Source: Hormiphora californensis
Lineage: Eukaryota > Animalia > Ctenophora
Direction of reading: 5' to 3'
NCBI GenBank assembly: GCA_020137815.1
Contig: CM035362.1
Coordinates: forward strand, 2,356,001 to 2,420,000
DNA length: 64,000 bases
The number at the start of each line of letters is the position of its first letter. The first letter of the stretch is position 1. Below, piece by piece: positions 49,101 to 62,200 of the stretch. The notes beneath the pieces are model-generated. The model was not told where the DNA came from, searched no databases, and saw only the letters and a program-made list of their open reading frames with translations. The position numbers and the translations under genes were made by a program.

Positions 49101-52100
49101 TGATATCTATTAGCTGCGTGTCATTTCTCAAGCCTATGACCTGGATAGTTGGGGCACAAAGATCCCCAATTTAATAACCCCTCCCCATTATCTTATATTC
49201 TTATCTGTTTGAGCTTTCTTCGTGATCACAATCGTCAATCAATTATTTTAGTGTATGTTGGTATTTGGAATACTGCTTACGGTAGTTATTGGATTGGCGA
49301 GTCTATTGGAGGCCTCCGTTTTTAACACAGCAACCCCGACCGAGTACACAACATGGTCATGGCACACAAGCTACACATCAACCCAGGTAGCCCCAGATCC
49401 GGGTGAATGTAAACCAGTGGAGGTTGGTGGATATCTCCACGAACAGTGTTTCCTTAACGAGACTGAAACATACTACAAATGTCCTCTATCAAATAATGTG
49501 TACGCGATTAGCTCGTCAAGCGGCAGTAATTGCTATATGATTAGTTTCAGAAAATGCCCTTTTGATCCAGGGTTCTACCAGGCATGTGGGCACGGTGGTT
49601 GTACTGGTTACAAGGAACTAGGCGGGACACCTTTACTCTGTGGAACATACGTCTGTGGTAGATATTCCCTTGGCTTTGCTGGTAGCTACTGGGAAACTTA
49701 CAATCGTTGTAGCAATGATTCCTGTGAAAACACTGAACTGAACATGGTTGGATGCAGCAGTGCGGTACACTACGCATGTGATGGTAAATGTGACTGGATT
49801 CCCGACTGTTACGATGAATCTCCTTGTAATGGTGTACAATATGGTCTAAGATGTTATAGTTCTGTATGGTTGTTCCAATGGTTGCCAATTTATGTCTACC
49901 CTGCGAGGATGTGTACTGGAGCCTGTAAAGATCGCGAAGATGTGATAGGATGTTTTAACTGGACTGTTGCTGATCACACCACCTGTCAGCACAAAGGCCA
50001 TGGTAGGACCATACTGATCCAAGATAACATGAGATGTTTCTTCCCTCTCTATTCCGCTTGTCTAAACAGACAGGATCAGACAAACTGCAGTGATCCTGAA
50101 AAGGTTGCTATGCAATGCCTCTCCCAGGGCTTTCCAACTACCATATCCATCTGGGGATATTGCCTTGGCTATCAACTTTGTGATGACGACTACAATAACG
50201 TGTGTGTTGAACCAGAACTAGGCTGTTACATTCACAAGGGGCAGTTGTGTGATGGACATCGTGACTGCAATAATGGAGGGGATGAAACTAACTGTAAAGA
50301 TCTCACAAATGTGACTTGCATCAGAAGATTTCACTCTCCGAACGGAGAAAAGAACGTCTCCCTTCCTATTCCATTGGGTTGGGTAATGGATGGTGAAGTG
50401 GACTGTCTGGATGGAGTGGATGAAGATGAAACGCAGTGGTTGGAATATAAATGCGGAAAAGATTACTACACCAGTTACCAAGAATTAGGAACACAATGCG
50501 AAGAAGTCCTTCTCTGTCCCTCAGAGAAAAACTATGTTGACTTGAATAAACTGTGTGATAGAATAAACACGTGCTCGTTTGAGGAAAAGCTGTGCATCGC
50601 AGCTCGGCAAACTGACGCTGATGTTACAAGCCTCGTCGATGGTTTTGTCAACGGTCCTAATGAACATTTTATTCAGCATTGTTTTCCATTTGGAGCTTCA
50701 GACCTAGAGAGGAAGTTGGGAAATTGCACCACAGTAGAACACACTGCTGGATTCGTCAAAACAGTACTTAATGTTCAACAACCGGTGCTCGTAAGGATTC
50801 CTGAAACCAAGTTCGCGTCCGATTGTTCCCATCTTTTTGGTGTGAACTATGTCTATGCAGCTTGCAACAACATCTGTCGAAATGCCGAATGTCCCCTAAA
50901 GGAAATCCCGGGAGACACGTGCGAAAATAAAAAGGATTCTGTTGTTCGAGCCCTGGCAGCGACTGAATTTCCAAGTACAACCACGCTGTTCAAAACTGCA
51001 AATGACCCTGGCTTCTACGACAATAAAATATTTCCGTGTGATAACAAAAGATGTGTCTCCTATCGGGATGTTTGTAATCTTAAAGACGACTGCGGGGATG
51101 GCTCCGATGAGAAATCCTGTGCGAATCACTTTCAGTGTAACAACAGCAACATTTTGGAACTCGTGGTCCTATCTCAAGTTTGTGATGGTGTGGTGCACTG
51201 CCGTGATTTTTCCGACGAGTGCTTCGAAGGTTGCCGCTCTACAAACAAGAATATCTTCGGGACCCAGTTTCTGAGATCCGCCAGTCCATCTATGGGATTT
51301 CTAGCGACATCATTGAACACTATTTCATTGATTAAATCGGTTTGGGAGTTACGCCAGCAAGAAACATATGAAATGTTCCTCAACAAATCGGCCATTATTC
51401 TGATACACATTGGTGATCTGATGATTGGTGTTTATCTGCTGCTGATTTCTTACTTTGACTTCAGCTACAGAGCTGATGGCAACTATTGCCAGAAAAGATA
51501 CAGTTGGTTCAGCTCCAGTGAGTGTTCCTTCCTTGGAGTTCTAAGCACAATGGGATCCCAACTGTCACTCTTTGCAATGACAATGTTAAGTCTAACCAGA
51601 GTAGCGAACATCGGTAACCTGATCCAACGGGACTTATTCAGCTACAAGTCCGCTGCCAAACTTGTGTTCCTGCTAGCTTTCCCCATTCTGGCCAGTGTGG
51701 TGATTGCAGTTACACCGATCTTGTCATTGACTGAGGACTACTTTGTCAACGGCCTGTACTACTATGAATCACCGCTCTTCATCAGGCCCGCTAGTAAGAT
51801 GAACCACTACGCCGTATTCAAGGAGTATTTTGAAGGGCGATCGATCTCGTGGGAGAAAGCCTCGTTTTCCTGGAATGTCATCCGTTCCACAGTGAAAGAT
51901 ATGTTTTCATCGGATTATTCAGGTAAATGTACTGTCATGTGTGTTAAGTGTGTATAGTGTGTTCTCGTACAAATTAGTAGCTTGATTATTATTTGGGTGA
52001 CAAGTCCCATGTTCACAGTAAACAGTTGTAGTACATGTTAATATGGAATTAATAAATTCTAAATTGTTTTCAGGTATTCCGAATTCAACTGTTCATTTCT

Positions 52101-55100
52101 ACGGGAATGATGGTGTGTGTATTTTCAAGTATCTGGTTACCCGAGATGACCCCCAATGGGTGTTTTCAACAACCATCCTAATGATAAACTTCCTGTGCTT
52201 CATCTTCATCTTGCTGAGCTATGGATACATCAACTTGAAAACGCAGCAATCGAGCCGGAATGTGGGAGCTGCTGCAGGTGCTCGGAGCAATAACAGAGCA
52301 CTGCAAGCAAAAATATCAGCAATTATCCTAACAGATTTTTTCTGCTGGGTCCCATTGAGCATTGTTTCATTTCTTCATCTCTCAGAAGCTGTGAACGCGT
52401 CAACTTGGTATCCCTTCTTTTCGATTCTCATCCTCCCTATCAACTCGGTGATCAATCCCTTGTTGTACGACTCCAACTTCTACTTTGGTCTCCTTCTGAG
52501 ACCAGGACGAGCTATATATCGGAGTGGAAGAAGACTAATAGCGACCCTGCAGACTTCTGTGGAACAAGAACCCACTGAAACAACTCCCCCAATCCAGGAT
52601 ACGGCAATGTAGAAAGTACTAACTGTGATTAAACTATGAACTATTTGGATAATGAAATATCGAACTTCGAATTACTTATGACTATTAGTCATATAGTCAT
52701 TAACATGGAATAGTGTTAAACACCACAGTAGTGTTTTGCTGTGTAAACTGGTTATATTATTCATACTTCGAACATTGTAAGAACATTGTATGACTATCAA
52801 TGACCATTAGCATGGATTATAGTGTGGTGTATCGATGTGTTATACTGCATGTATATGAAACTGACTCTATTATACATATTATGCTGTAATAAATGACTAA
52901 AATGTTGTACCATACGACAAGTTAAGCTGTTTATTTTTTGTATCAAAATAATAACTGGACACTTTTATGGGACATCCTGTATTTGAACCCTAACTCTGAC
53001 TCCCCCTGCCACCTGACCTGCCAGGCCTTTCATGATAACGGGTGATAACTAAAAATTGTTACTAATTTAAAACAGCTGTAGAATTTTTCCCTTTTGAGAT
53101 ACAGCTTCGGGCCAGTGATAGAACGATTTTTCAGACAATTTTGAATCAGGATAACATAACGGTGATGACTAAAACGGTCATTCTCATAGCGATATCGGAT
53201 CATTTCCTCTTGCCCCACCAAAGCATATAGTACGGAGATTTGAAATTTCTATGTTATCAGAAACGACCTTCCCGATGAGATAGAATTCTCATAATTGGAA
53301 GTCTGGTTGTTCATGCCATAACCAACATAACTGCCAAGTTTGAAGATTTTGGCTCATTGGGAAGTTGGGTTTCCACGGTCATTAATGTTTCGAGAGATGT
53401 CGAAATGGCGATTTCTCAAATTACCTGTAAACTACGCGTTGTTACAGAAGATTCGGATCAGGAAATTGAGATTTATGAAGTTTGAAGCGAAGTTAATTTC
53501 GTTCAAAATTGTCTGAAAAATCATTCTATCACTGTCCCGAAGCTGTATTTCGACTAGAACAGGCGCTAGAGGTGCTAGAAAAACGTGTAGATTTCACGGA
53601 CTATATGCTTTGGTGGGGCAAGAGCAAATGATCCGATATCGCTATGAGAATGAACATTTTAGTCATCGCCGTTATGTTTTTCTGATTCAAAATTGTCTGA
53701 AAAATCGTTCTATCACTGGCCCGAAGCTGTATCTCAAAAGGGAAAAATTCTACAGCTGTTTTAAATTAGTAACAATTTTTAGTTATCACCCGTTAGTAAG
53801 GGGGTATCTGGGTTTAGACAAAGGTAACACAGGTGGTCCCTAACGGACACGTGACCTACGGTAAGCCGGCTTCGGGTTACTGACTCGAGGTGGTTTCCTG
53901 GAGATGATTGAGTCCATGGTAAACCATCTCGAGTAGCACCTAGACATCGCCCTGATTGGGGATAGTCACGTGATCGGTCTAAGAGGCCAGCTCATGTGAC
54001 ACCCACCCAAAGGTACAACACTATATGCTCTGACTACGCTCAGAGAATTAGGCCAACCCTTACCACCTGACCTGTCCGGCCAATTCTCTAACAACCCCTG
54101 ACTCTCTGTTCAAATTCCAACCCCCCTGGCAGGTCTAACAACCCCCGACTCTCTGTTCAAATTCCAACCCCCCTGGCAGGTCTAACGGAGCCTGACGGGG
54201 ATTGTCCCGCTGGGTATTACTGCATATCCAAGACAAAGGACCCCCAGAACTCCCGGTGCACGCCAGGTTACTACTGTCCGCCCAACTCTAAACTCCAGAC
54301 TGTATGTGCCCCGGGGACCTACCAACCCGACTATGCACAGGTAAGTAGCTGTCAGTTGGTAACTACCGTGACTACTGGGACCTGGGTCCTTGGGGGTTGG
54401 TCTGGCAGCATGCCAGATTCCTATCATACCCCCCCTCTCCCCAAGTCATCCTCTCACTGCGGACTAAAAACATACCCCCCTCCCACTCTGTAGGCATCCT
54501 GCCTCCCGTGTCCTGCGGGTAGTAGCTGTCCCAACGAGAGGATGACACGTGTACAGACCTGTACAGCAGGGTTCTACTGCAAGGAAGGCACAGCTGATCC
54601 CCAACAGACGCCCTGCCCTGTCGGAACCTTCAGGTAACAACAAACAAACAGACAATTCAAACAAACAAACAAACCAAGAAACAAACAAACAAACAAACAA
54701 CATGTCTTCTCAACTCTCCTTTACATTTGTGTTTCGCGGGTGGGGTGCGTGAAACAGAGTCTAGCTAGGCAACACAACACCATAATTCCCTCAGTACGGC
54801 TACAAACTTGACGAAAGAGGATGAATGTACTCCCTGTACAAGGGGAGAGTATTGCGATGAAGTGGGGCAAAGTAAAACTGCTGGAAAATGCAAGGAAGGG
54901 TAAGTGTGTTTTATATAGGGGTCTCAACCAAGGATATAGGTTGGAACCCCCCTCCTTTATGTTGTATCGTATGTATCGTACTGAAAACTGCCGCCCATTG
55001 AGTGGATCAGCAAGTGGTTGCAGGTAAAGATCATCATCTTGTTGAACAATATCACTCAACAACCCTCGTCAGTAAATACCCCGGACCCCCTCGTTATCAT

Positions 55101-56095
55101 CTCATCAATAATACCCCCCTCATATCAGGTACTACTGTGTTGAGGGAGCCACCCTTGCCACGCCCCTCACCAGTGACGAGGGCGGAGGGAAATGTGGGAG
55201 GGGAACACGGTGTCCAGCTGGTAGTTACCAAACTAGCGACTGTCAACCTGGTTAGTTTCTCTCTTGTTAAAGTAACAATCTCACTTGTTCTCTCTCTAGT
55301 TAAAGAAACAATCTCTCTTGCTCTCTCTCTCTAGGTAAAGTAACAATCTCTCTTGTTCTCTCTATAGGTAAAGTAACAATCATTCTTGTTCTCTCTCTAG
55401 GTAAAGTAACAATCTCTCTTGTTCTCTCTCTCTCTCTAGTTAAATTAACTATCTCTCTTGTTCTCTCTCTCTCTAGTTAAATTAACAATCTCTCTTGTTC
55501 TCTCTCTAGTTAAAGTAACAATCTCACTTGTTGCAGGCGAGTATCAGGATGAAGAAGGCAAGGGATCTTGCAAGGCATGCCAGGCTGGTTACTACTGCCC
55601 AGACACAGCTATGGAAACCTCCACCACGAACCCTTGTCCGGCGGGAGGGTACTGCCCGACCGCTGCATCTGAGCAACAAAAGTGTCAACCAGGTTAAAAC
55701 ATCCGTGATATAAACTTGGTAGTTTAGCGAGAGTTTAGCTACCCCTTTCACTCCCGCTCTGCGTATTTCGTGTTTTCGATATATAAATCAAAAACATCCC
55801 CCCCCCCCCCCGGAGCACCCACAGTTGCCTTGCTCGACCCTGAAAAAACAAACTTCCACGTGCGGGCTAGGCATGGAAAGTTACAACCCTAAAATAGCTC
55901 TGTCTCAATCACCAAAATCCCGGCCTAAATAACATTTCTATCATCGTGTAGGGACGTACAACCCAGATACAAAATCTGAAACGGAGGATGCGTGTAGGCC
56001 TTGTGAACCACGCTTTTATTGTCCTGACTCGGGAATGACTGAGGGAGATAATGAATTGTGTAAGTGATGTAGCAGCAGGTAGCTGTCTGTAGTTT

Positions 56096-56159
<64 letters not shown>

Positions 56160-56166
56160 CTCTCTC

Positions 56167-56203
<37 letters not shown>

Positions 56204-59200
56204 CTCTCTCTCCCTCCCTATCTCTCCCTCTTCCCTTAACCCCCAATCCCCCACTTTAGACCTGTGTGCGGAAGGATGGTATTGTTCTGGTGGGGCTGTT
56301 GGTTCTGAGCCCACAGATTCCAGTCAGGGAGGCCAGTGTACTGCGGGTCACTTCTGTGAAAAGGTAAATTATATTGTTTTGCTCTATACCCTCTTTCCGT
56401 GTCGCTTACAGATGTAAAGGAGGGATTAGACCTAACAGAGTGGCTACAAAGTCATGATAACCCGACTGTAATGCTGGACAAACATGAATGAATTGTAGTC
56501 ACATTTCACACACTTTATAAAGATGAAAGAAGACGCCAACACTTGATATTGTTTCGTTCTATTCATTACAACATCTAAAAGCCTAGTTCCTCAACTCCTC
56601 TCACATCACCTCAGGGTTCAGCGGCGGAACAAGACTGTACTGCGGGCAAGGCCTGTACAACAAATGGACTGGAAGAACCGGACGAGGAGTGTGAAGCGGG
56701 GTGGTACTGCCCAAGTGGGAGCTCCAGTGCCCAACAAAACATCTGCCCAAAAGGTATAATATGAGAACAACACATCCGCCAAAAGGTGTGAGTACTACTG
56801 TTCAGACTGTTCATATTACTGTTCATGCTACTGTCTACGAATCACCTCATCTCCCTAGGTTACTATTGTCTGATATAAAATAAAACTCCCTGCGACCCCT
56901 AACAACACCCCTAACAACACTCCCCTCCCTAGGTTACTATTGTCCGGCATCTTCAAAAGATAAAACTCCGTGTGATCCCGGGAATTATCTGAACTCGACG
57001 GGTGCCAATGCTAGCTCCCAGTGTCAAACTTGTCTGGAAGGTATGTGGGTTGGAATTGTCTCTCCTGAAAACAGCCCTAACAACACCCCTGACAACACCT
57101 CTAACAACACCCCTAACAACACCCCTAACAACACCCCTGATAACACCCCTAACAACACCCCTAACAACACCCCTGACAACACCCCTGACAACACCTCTAA
57201 CAACACCTCTAACAACACCCCTAACAACACCTCTAACAACACCTCTTCCCAGGTTGGAGATGTAGCGTTCAGGGATTGACCCTGCCCGACATTGTCTGTC
57301 CCCCAGGGACATACTGTGAGGAGGGAGCCAGTGTGGTCGGGGACGAGAAACCCTGTCCCGTGGGGCATTTCTGTGTTGATGGTATGTGATTAGAGTTGTT
57401 TAGAGTTGTGTCAGAGTTCGGTAGATCAATTTTAGAGGACAACATACAGTAAAAACACAGAAAAATATTTTCTAATATTCGGATTCCTCGAATGAGTATC
57501 CATGCAGACATTGTGTCAAAATATCAGAGTGATTGAAATTAAACTTCTGGGTGAAAAGAAGGCCAACGTACCCTCCCTTTAATTTGGGCCACGCGGTACA
57601 GTACACAAATGAGATCATTCCCCAAACTCCAGGTTTGAAGGAGGCCTGTCCAGTTGGTCAGTACCAGGACACCGAGGGTCAGGATGAGTGTCTGCTTTGT
57701 CCACCCGGTTACTACTGTGACACCACCGGAATTTCAAACTACTCCACTTACGAGTATGTGTTCTGCTCCTTCATAAAACAATATTGTTCAAATATTGCTC
57801 CTTCATAAAACAATATATTATGTTCGAATAGTGCTCCTTCATAAAACCGTTTTTCAGGTGTACCCAAGGTTATTACTGTACAACTGATGAACGTTTCCCG
57901 TGTCCCATCGGATCATATGGTGCCAAGACAGGTCTTCAACGTGAAACAGATTGTACTAATTGTGACGAGAAAAAGTTTTGCGGGGAGGTGGGACTAAGTG
58001 CTCCACAGGGTGACTGTGAAAAGGGGTATTTCTGTAAGGGTGGAGCAGAGGATAGCATGCCGGCTACCACTGTCAGCTCCGGAGGTAATGATCTATTGAT
58101 ATATATAGCCTATAGATTGACATTTCTACAGTTACAGTGCTCCTTTATAAAACTTTCCACCCATCCTAGATCGGAATTATGGTCCATGTCCGAAGGGTTA
58201 TTATTGCCCTCTCGCTACTGCCGACCCTATTGCCTGTCCCAAAGGGACTTACAACAAACTGGAAAAGGTAAATTACAAAGAAAGTTCGTCATAAAAAAGT
58301 TTCCCCAAAATATATTTGATACCTCAACTAACCTATATTTCTGAAAAGAATTATTTGTTCCACGTATATTAGAAACACCCCTAATACTAAATTATGTAAA
58401 TCAGGCGGAGGATGATTCATGGTGTGTTGATTGTCCAGCGGGGAAGGTCTGTCCTACCGATGGAATCGGACAGGATCCATCCATCAAGTGCTCAGCAGGT
58501 AACTATAGTATACTCCATAGCAACGCATTTTCGTAAAAACTCCATTTTGTAGAAACGCCATGGCAAAGAAGTTAAGTAAGTAAGAAACTTCAGTTCCCTC
58601 ATATTTTCCAAATCACAGGTTATTTCTGTGGTAATGGCACGTCTGTTAATGAGCTGGAGGAGAATCTTTGTCCCCTGGGACAGTACTGTGTCTCTGGGAC
58701 AACCATGCCTACAGGTATGTATAGTTAGTTGGGTACTTAATTGGGTAGTTAATTGGATAGTTAATTGGATAGTTAACTTCACTTGTTTGTTAGTGAAGTT
58801 AACTGTTAATCACTAATCGTAAGGTCAATTACAGATCCACTAATTGATTAATTAGCTCTATTACAACCTCACAACTTCCCTGCAGATTGCCCAATTGGAA
58901 AGTATGGTGATTCACGTGGTTTGAAGTCCAGTACGGAGTGTACCAGTTGTACACAAGGCTACTACTGTGATGAACCAGGTCTTGTTACACCGACTAAACA
59001 ATGTACCCAAGGGTGAGTGAGAGGAATTATTTAAGAGTATACTTACCCCCTTTTTCGACCCCCTGTTTAGGGTTAGAGAATAACACGGTTTGTTAGAATA
59101 TAACAAACTTTTTCGGGTTCATTGCTAATTCGAATTTGGATAGGGATCTCTAGACCTTGTTTTTCTCCAATTTTCCCCCAGATTCCTCCTCCCAACACGT

Positions 59201-62200
59201 TGAGTTTAACCATCCTCCCAACTACAGGTACTACTGTAAGAGCGGCCAGAGCTCCGGTACAGACAGGTCCTGTAAAGCGGGGGAGGTATGTGTGACCGGT
59301 TCCAGTGCACCTGGGTACTGTCCTGATGGGCAGATCACCTACGAGATGACACAGTGGGAGTGTGTTCCATGTCAAGAAGGTTTGTGTTGCTATGGTTACC
59401 GTCCCATCACAGCGGTAGCCTCTTCATCATCATGATCAACAAACTAGACCACCCAACATTTTCAAATTACTGTTTTGTAACTCGAGTGAGAAGTAACTGC
59501 ACTGGTAACCCCTGACAACTGCACTGATAACCAAACCATCATTCTACCTCTAGGTTACTATTGTGACGAGGGTAGGAAGTCTCACGTCTCATGTGGTGCG
59601 GGGTACTACTGTCCCCAGGGTTCAGGTCCTGACTCATCCGTGACGTCATTGGTCAAACGGACACCCTGCCCATCAGGTAATGGTAACCATGGTAACCCTG
59701 CCCATCAGGTAATTTAGTAACCATGGTAACCATGTCCATCAGGTAATGGTAACCATGGTAACCATGCCCATCAGGTAATGGTAACCATGGTAACCAGGGG
59801 AAGCAGGAATAAAATAAATGATTCCTTACATTATTCCTCCTTTTCTGTTTATTGAAACTGATTGAATTACTAAAGATACTCCCAAATTACAGGAACCTAC
59901 TCCCCCTCGACGACCAACAAGAAGGAAGATGACTGCACACCATGTGATAAGGGGGCATACTGCTCCGGTACGGGCCTCTCCCGGGTCAAGGGTCAATGTG
60001 ATGCGGGCTACTGGTGCGAGTAAGTATATATCTTGTGTTTGGAGTGGGGGCCAATGGACCAGTTTGGAGGTCACCCAGTGGCCCCCACTCCAATCATCAT
60101 GATGCCGCGGACGGTGAAACCAGCCCTTCAAGGTTGGCACAGCAATATAACTCTTGTGTTGTACGGTCAATTATAGTGGCGGGGTGAGAGAATCCCAGCT
60201 GGAGACCGGGCAACATTAATTTTGGTTAAGTACCTCAGTTTCAAAAGAGTTTCACTCCACATTATCACCTGATCCACGATAGCAGTTAGTTTGAAAATCC
60301 GTAACTGTTCCTAGCTCAATATAATGACCTCGAGCTGTCAGATCTGATCTCCACGACAATCCCATAACCAACTATTCCCCAGTGGAGGGGTAGATACAAA
60401 CCAGCCGGATGGGTCAACTAACAAGGGCCAGGGAGGGGAGTGCCCGGAGGGTCACTACTGCCCCCGGGGTACCTCAACACCATTAGAATGTGAGGATGGA
60501 TATTACCAGAGTAACAAGGCGGCCAGTGATTGTACAAGGTATAGTAGTTTAAATAATGTATCGCTTGACTATTCTTGAGTCTAGTCTAGTAGTTGGGTGT
60601 TTGTTGTCCTCACTAATCCGTTTATTTCGTTCGTTCATGGGTCGTTTTGCATCGAATTCTATGGACTACTAAAAATTTCGGATAGGATTATTTTTTTCTT
60701 AAAAGCCCCCCTTATTATGTGTCTCACTAATCCAGGTGTCCCGGAGGATATGACTGCGACAGAAAGGGAATTATTGACTACACTGACTACCCATGTCCCA
60801 GTGGGAGTTACTGTACCCAGGGACACGTCTACCAGTGCCAGCCAGGTAAATGCTGCAGTGTCCTATAGTGTATAGGTTCCTCATATGTTGCTAGGTAACC
60901 AGGTATGTTAGAATGCTAATATGTTGCTAGGTTGCGAGTTCAATGCTGTGGTTGGAGTTTATTTGTAGGGTGTTCAAGTGTTGGGTAAAACTTAAATTCT
61001 GAATTTCTATTTTTTTATCATAATAATCTTCTGAAAAGGCTAGGTACGTTCAGTTCAGACACTTCATATAATACCAACTCTCCAGGTACCTACAACCCCA
61101 AGACGGGTTCGAGTGAGTCCCGGGACTGTATCGATTGTGACAAGGGAGACTATTGTGGGGAGGCAGGACTGAATGAGACTAGTGGACCATGTGCTGCTGG
61201 GTACTATTGTACTGGGAAATCAGCCAGTGACAAGGTAGAGTCAAGATATTATCTCTCTCCCCATATTATAGATAACGGTATAAACTTGGGAACTAAGGAG
61301 TAAGGAACTCTATATTTACACCCCACCCCAAATTTTAGTTTTTTAAATTAAGTCTGAATTTGTCATCTAAATAGCTCCAATATTTTTTAGCCTGGAACCC
61401 TAAGTGGAACGGGTGACGAATGCCAATCAGGATTCTTCTGCCCCGTGGGGAGTTCATCTCCTAAAGTCTGTACAGCTGGATACTATTGTCAGAGTACTGG
61501 CCTTGCAGCTGTCCAGGCAGAGGTAAGTGCACTACCTAATATAGTAATATAAGTCCATTATAATATGGGTCCCCTCGGATACCAAATATGGGCAAGTGAC
61601 AGATTGCTGCAGTGTTGACTTGAATCAATACAAGTAGAGCTTGAGATAAGCGTGACATAAACAAAATTGCCTTGTTCGACCCTCCTTCCCGAAAACAAAA
61701 CCGCTCCTGCATCTATTGATATATTGGTAACCTTCCCCACCCCCTCAATTACAACAACATACCATGCCTCGTTCAGTGTGATGCGGGGTATTATTGTAAC
61801 AACGGAAGTACCACAGCTACACCAAGTATCACCCAAATGGGTGGCTCCTGCTCCCCTGGTCACTACTGCCCACAAGGTAGGTGTTTCCATGGTAACCAAG
61901 AGTAGCTATTTCAGTAGCCATAGCAACCATTACATGGCTAATTGTTTCGATCCTTTAATTTCCCTGCAGGTTCATCCCAGGAGTTCAAGTGTCCCTCAGG
62001 CAGATACCGCCAGAATGTCCGTGGCGAATCTGTGGACGATTGTGATCTGTGTCCTGCCGGCTATTACTGTGATCTAGATGGTATATTCCCTATTGTTGTT
62101 GCCGTGACAACTATTATTTCTCAGTAACCATGGCAACCAGTATCTCTCAGTAACCATGGCAACCATTATCTCTCAGTAACCATGGCAACCATTATCTCTC

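Noticed and set aside
53030-53843. Two near-identical ORFs on opposite strands
   Set aside because: They are the two arms of a MITE.
44960-54075. Possible TIRs (GGTCAGGTG/CACCTGACC) enclosing the second GPCR
   Set aside because: Only 9 bp match and there is no TSD. The solo mariner-like end at 52955-52981 has no visible partner.
56953-57368. PLTT/NNTP/GVVR repeat ORFs
   Set aside because: Intronic 12-bp tandem repeat between in-frame Cys-rich exons.
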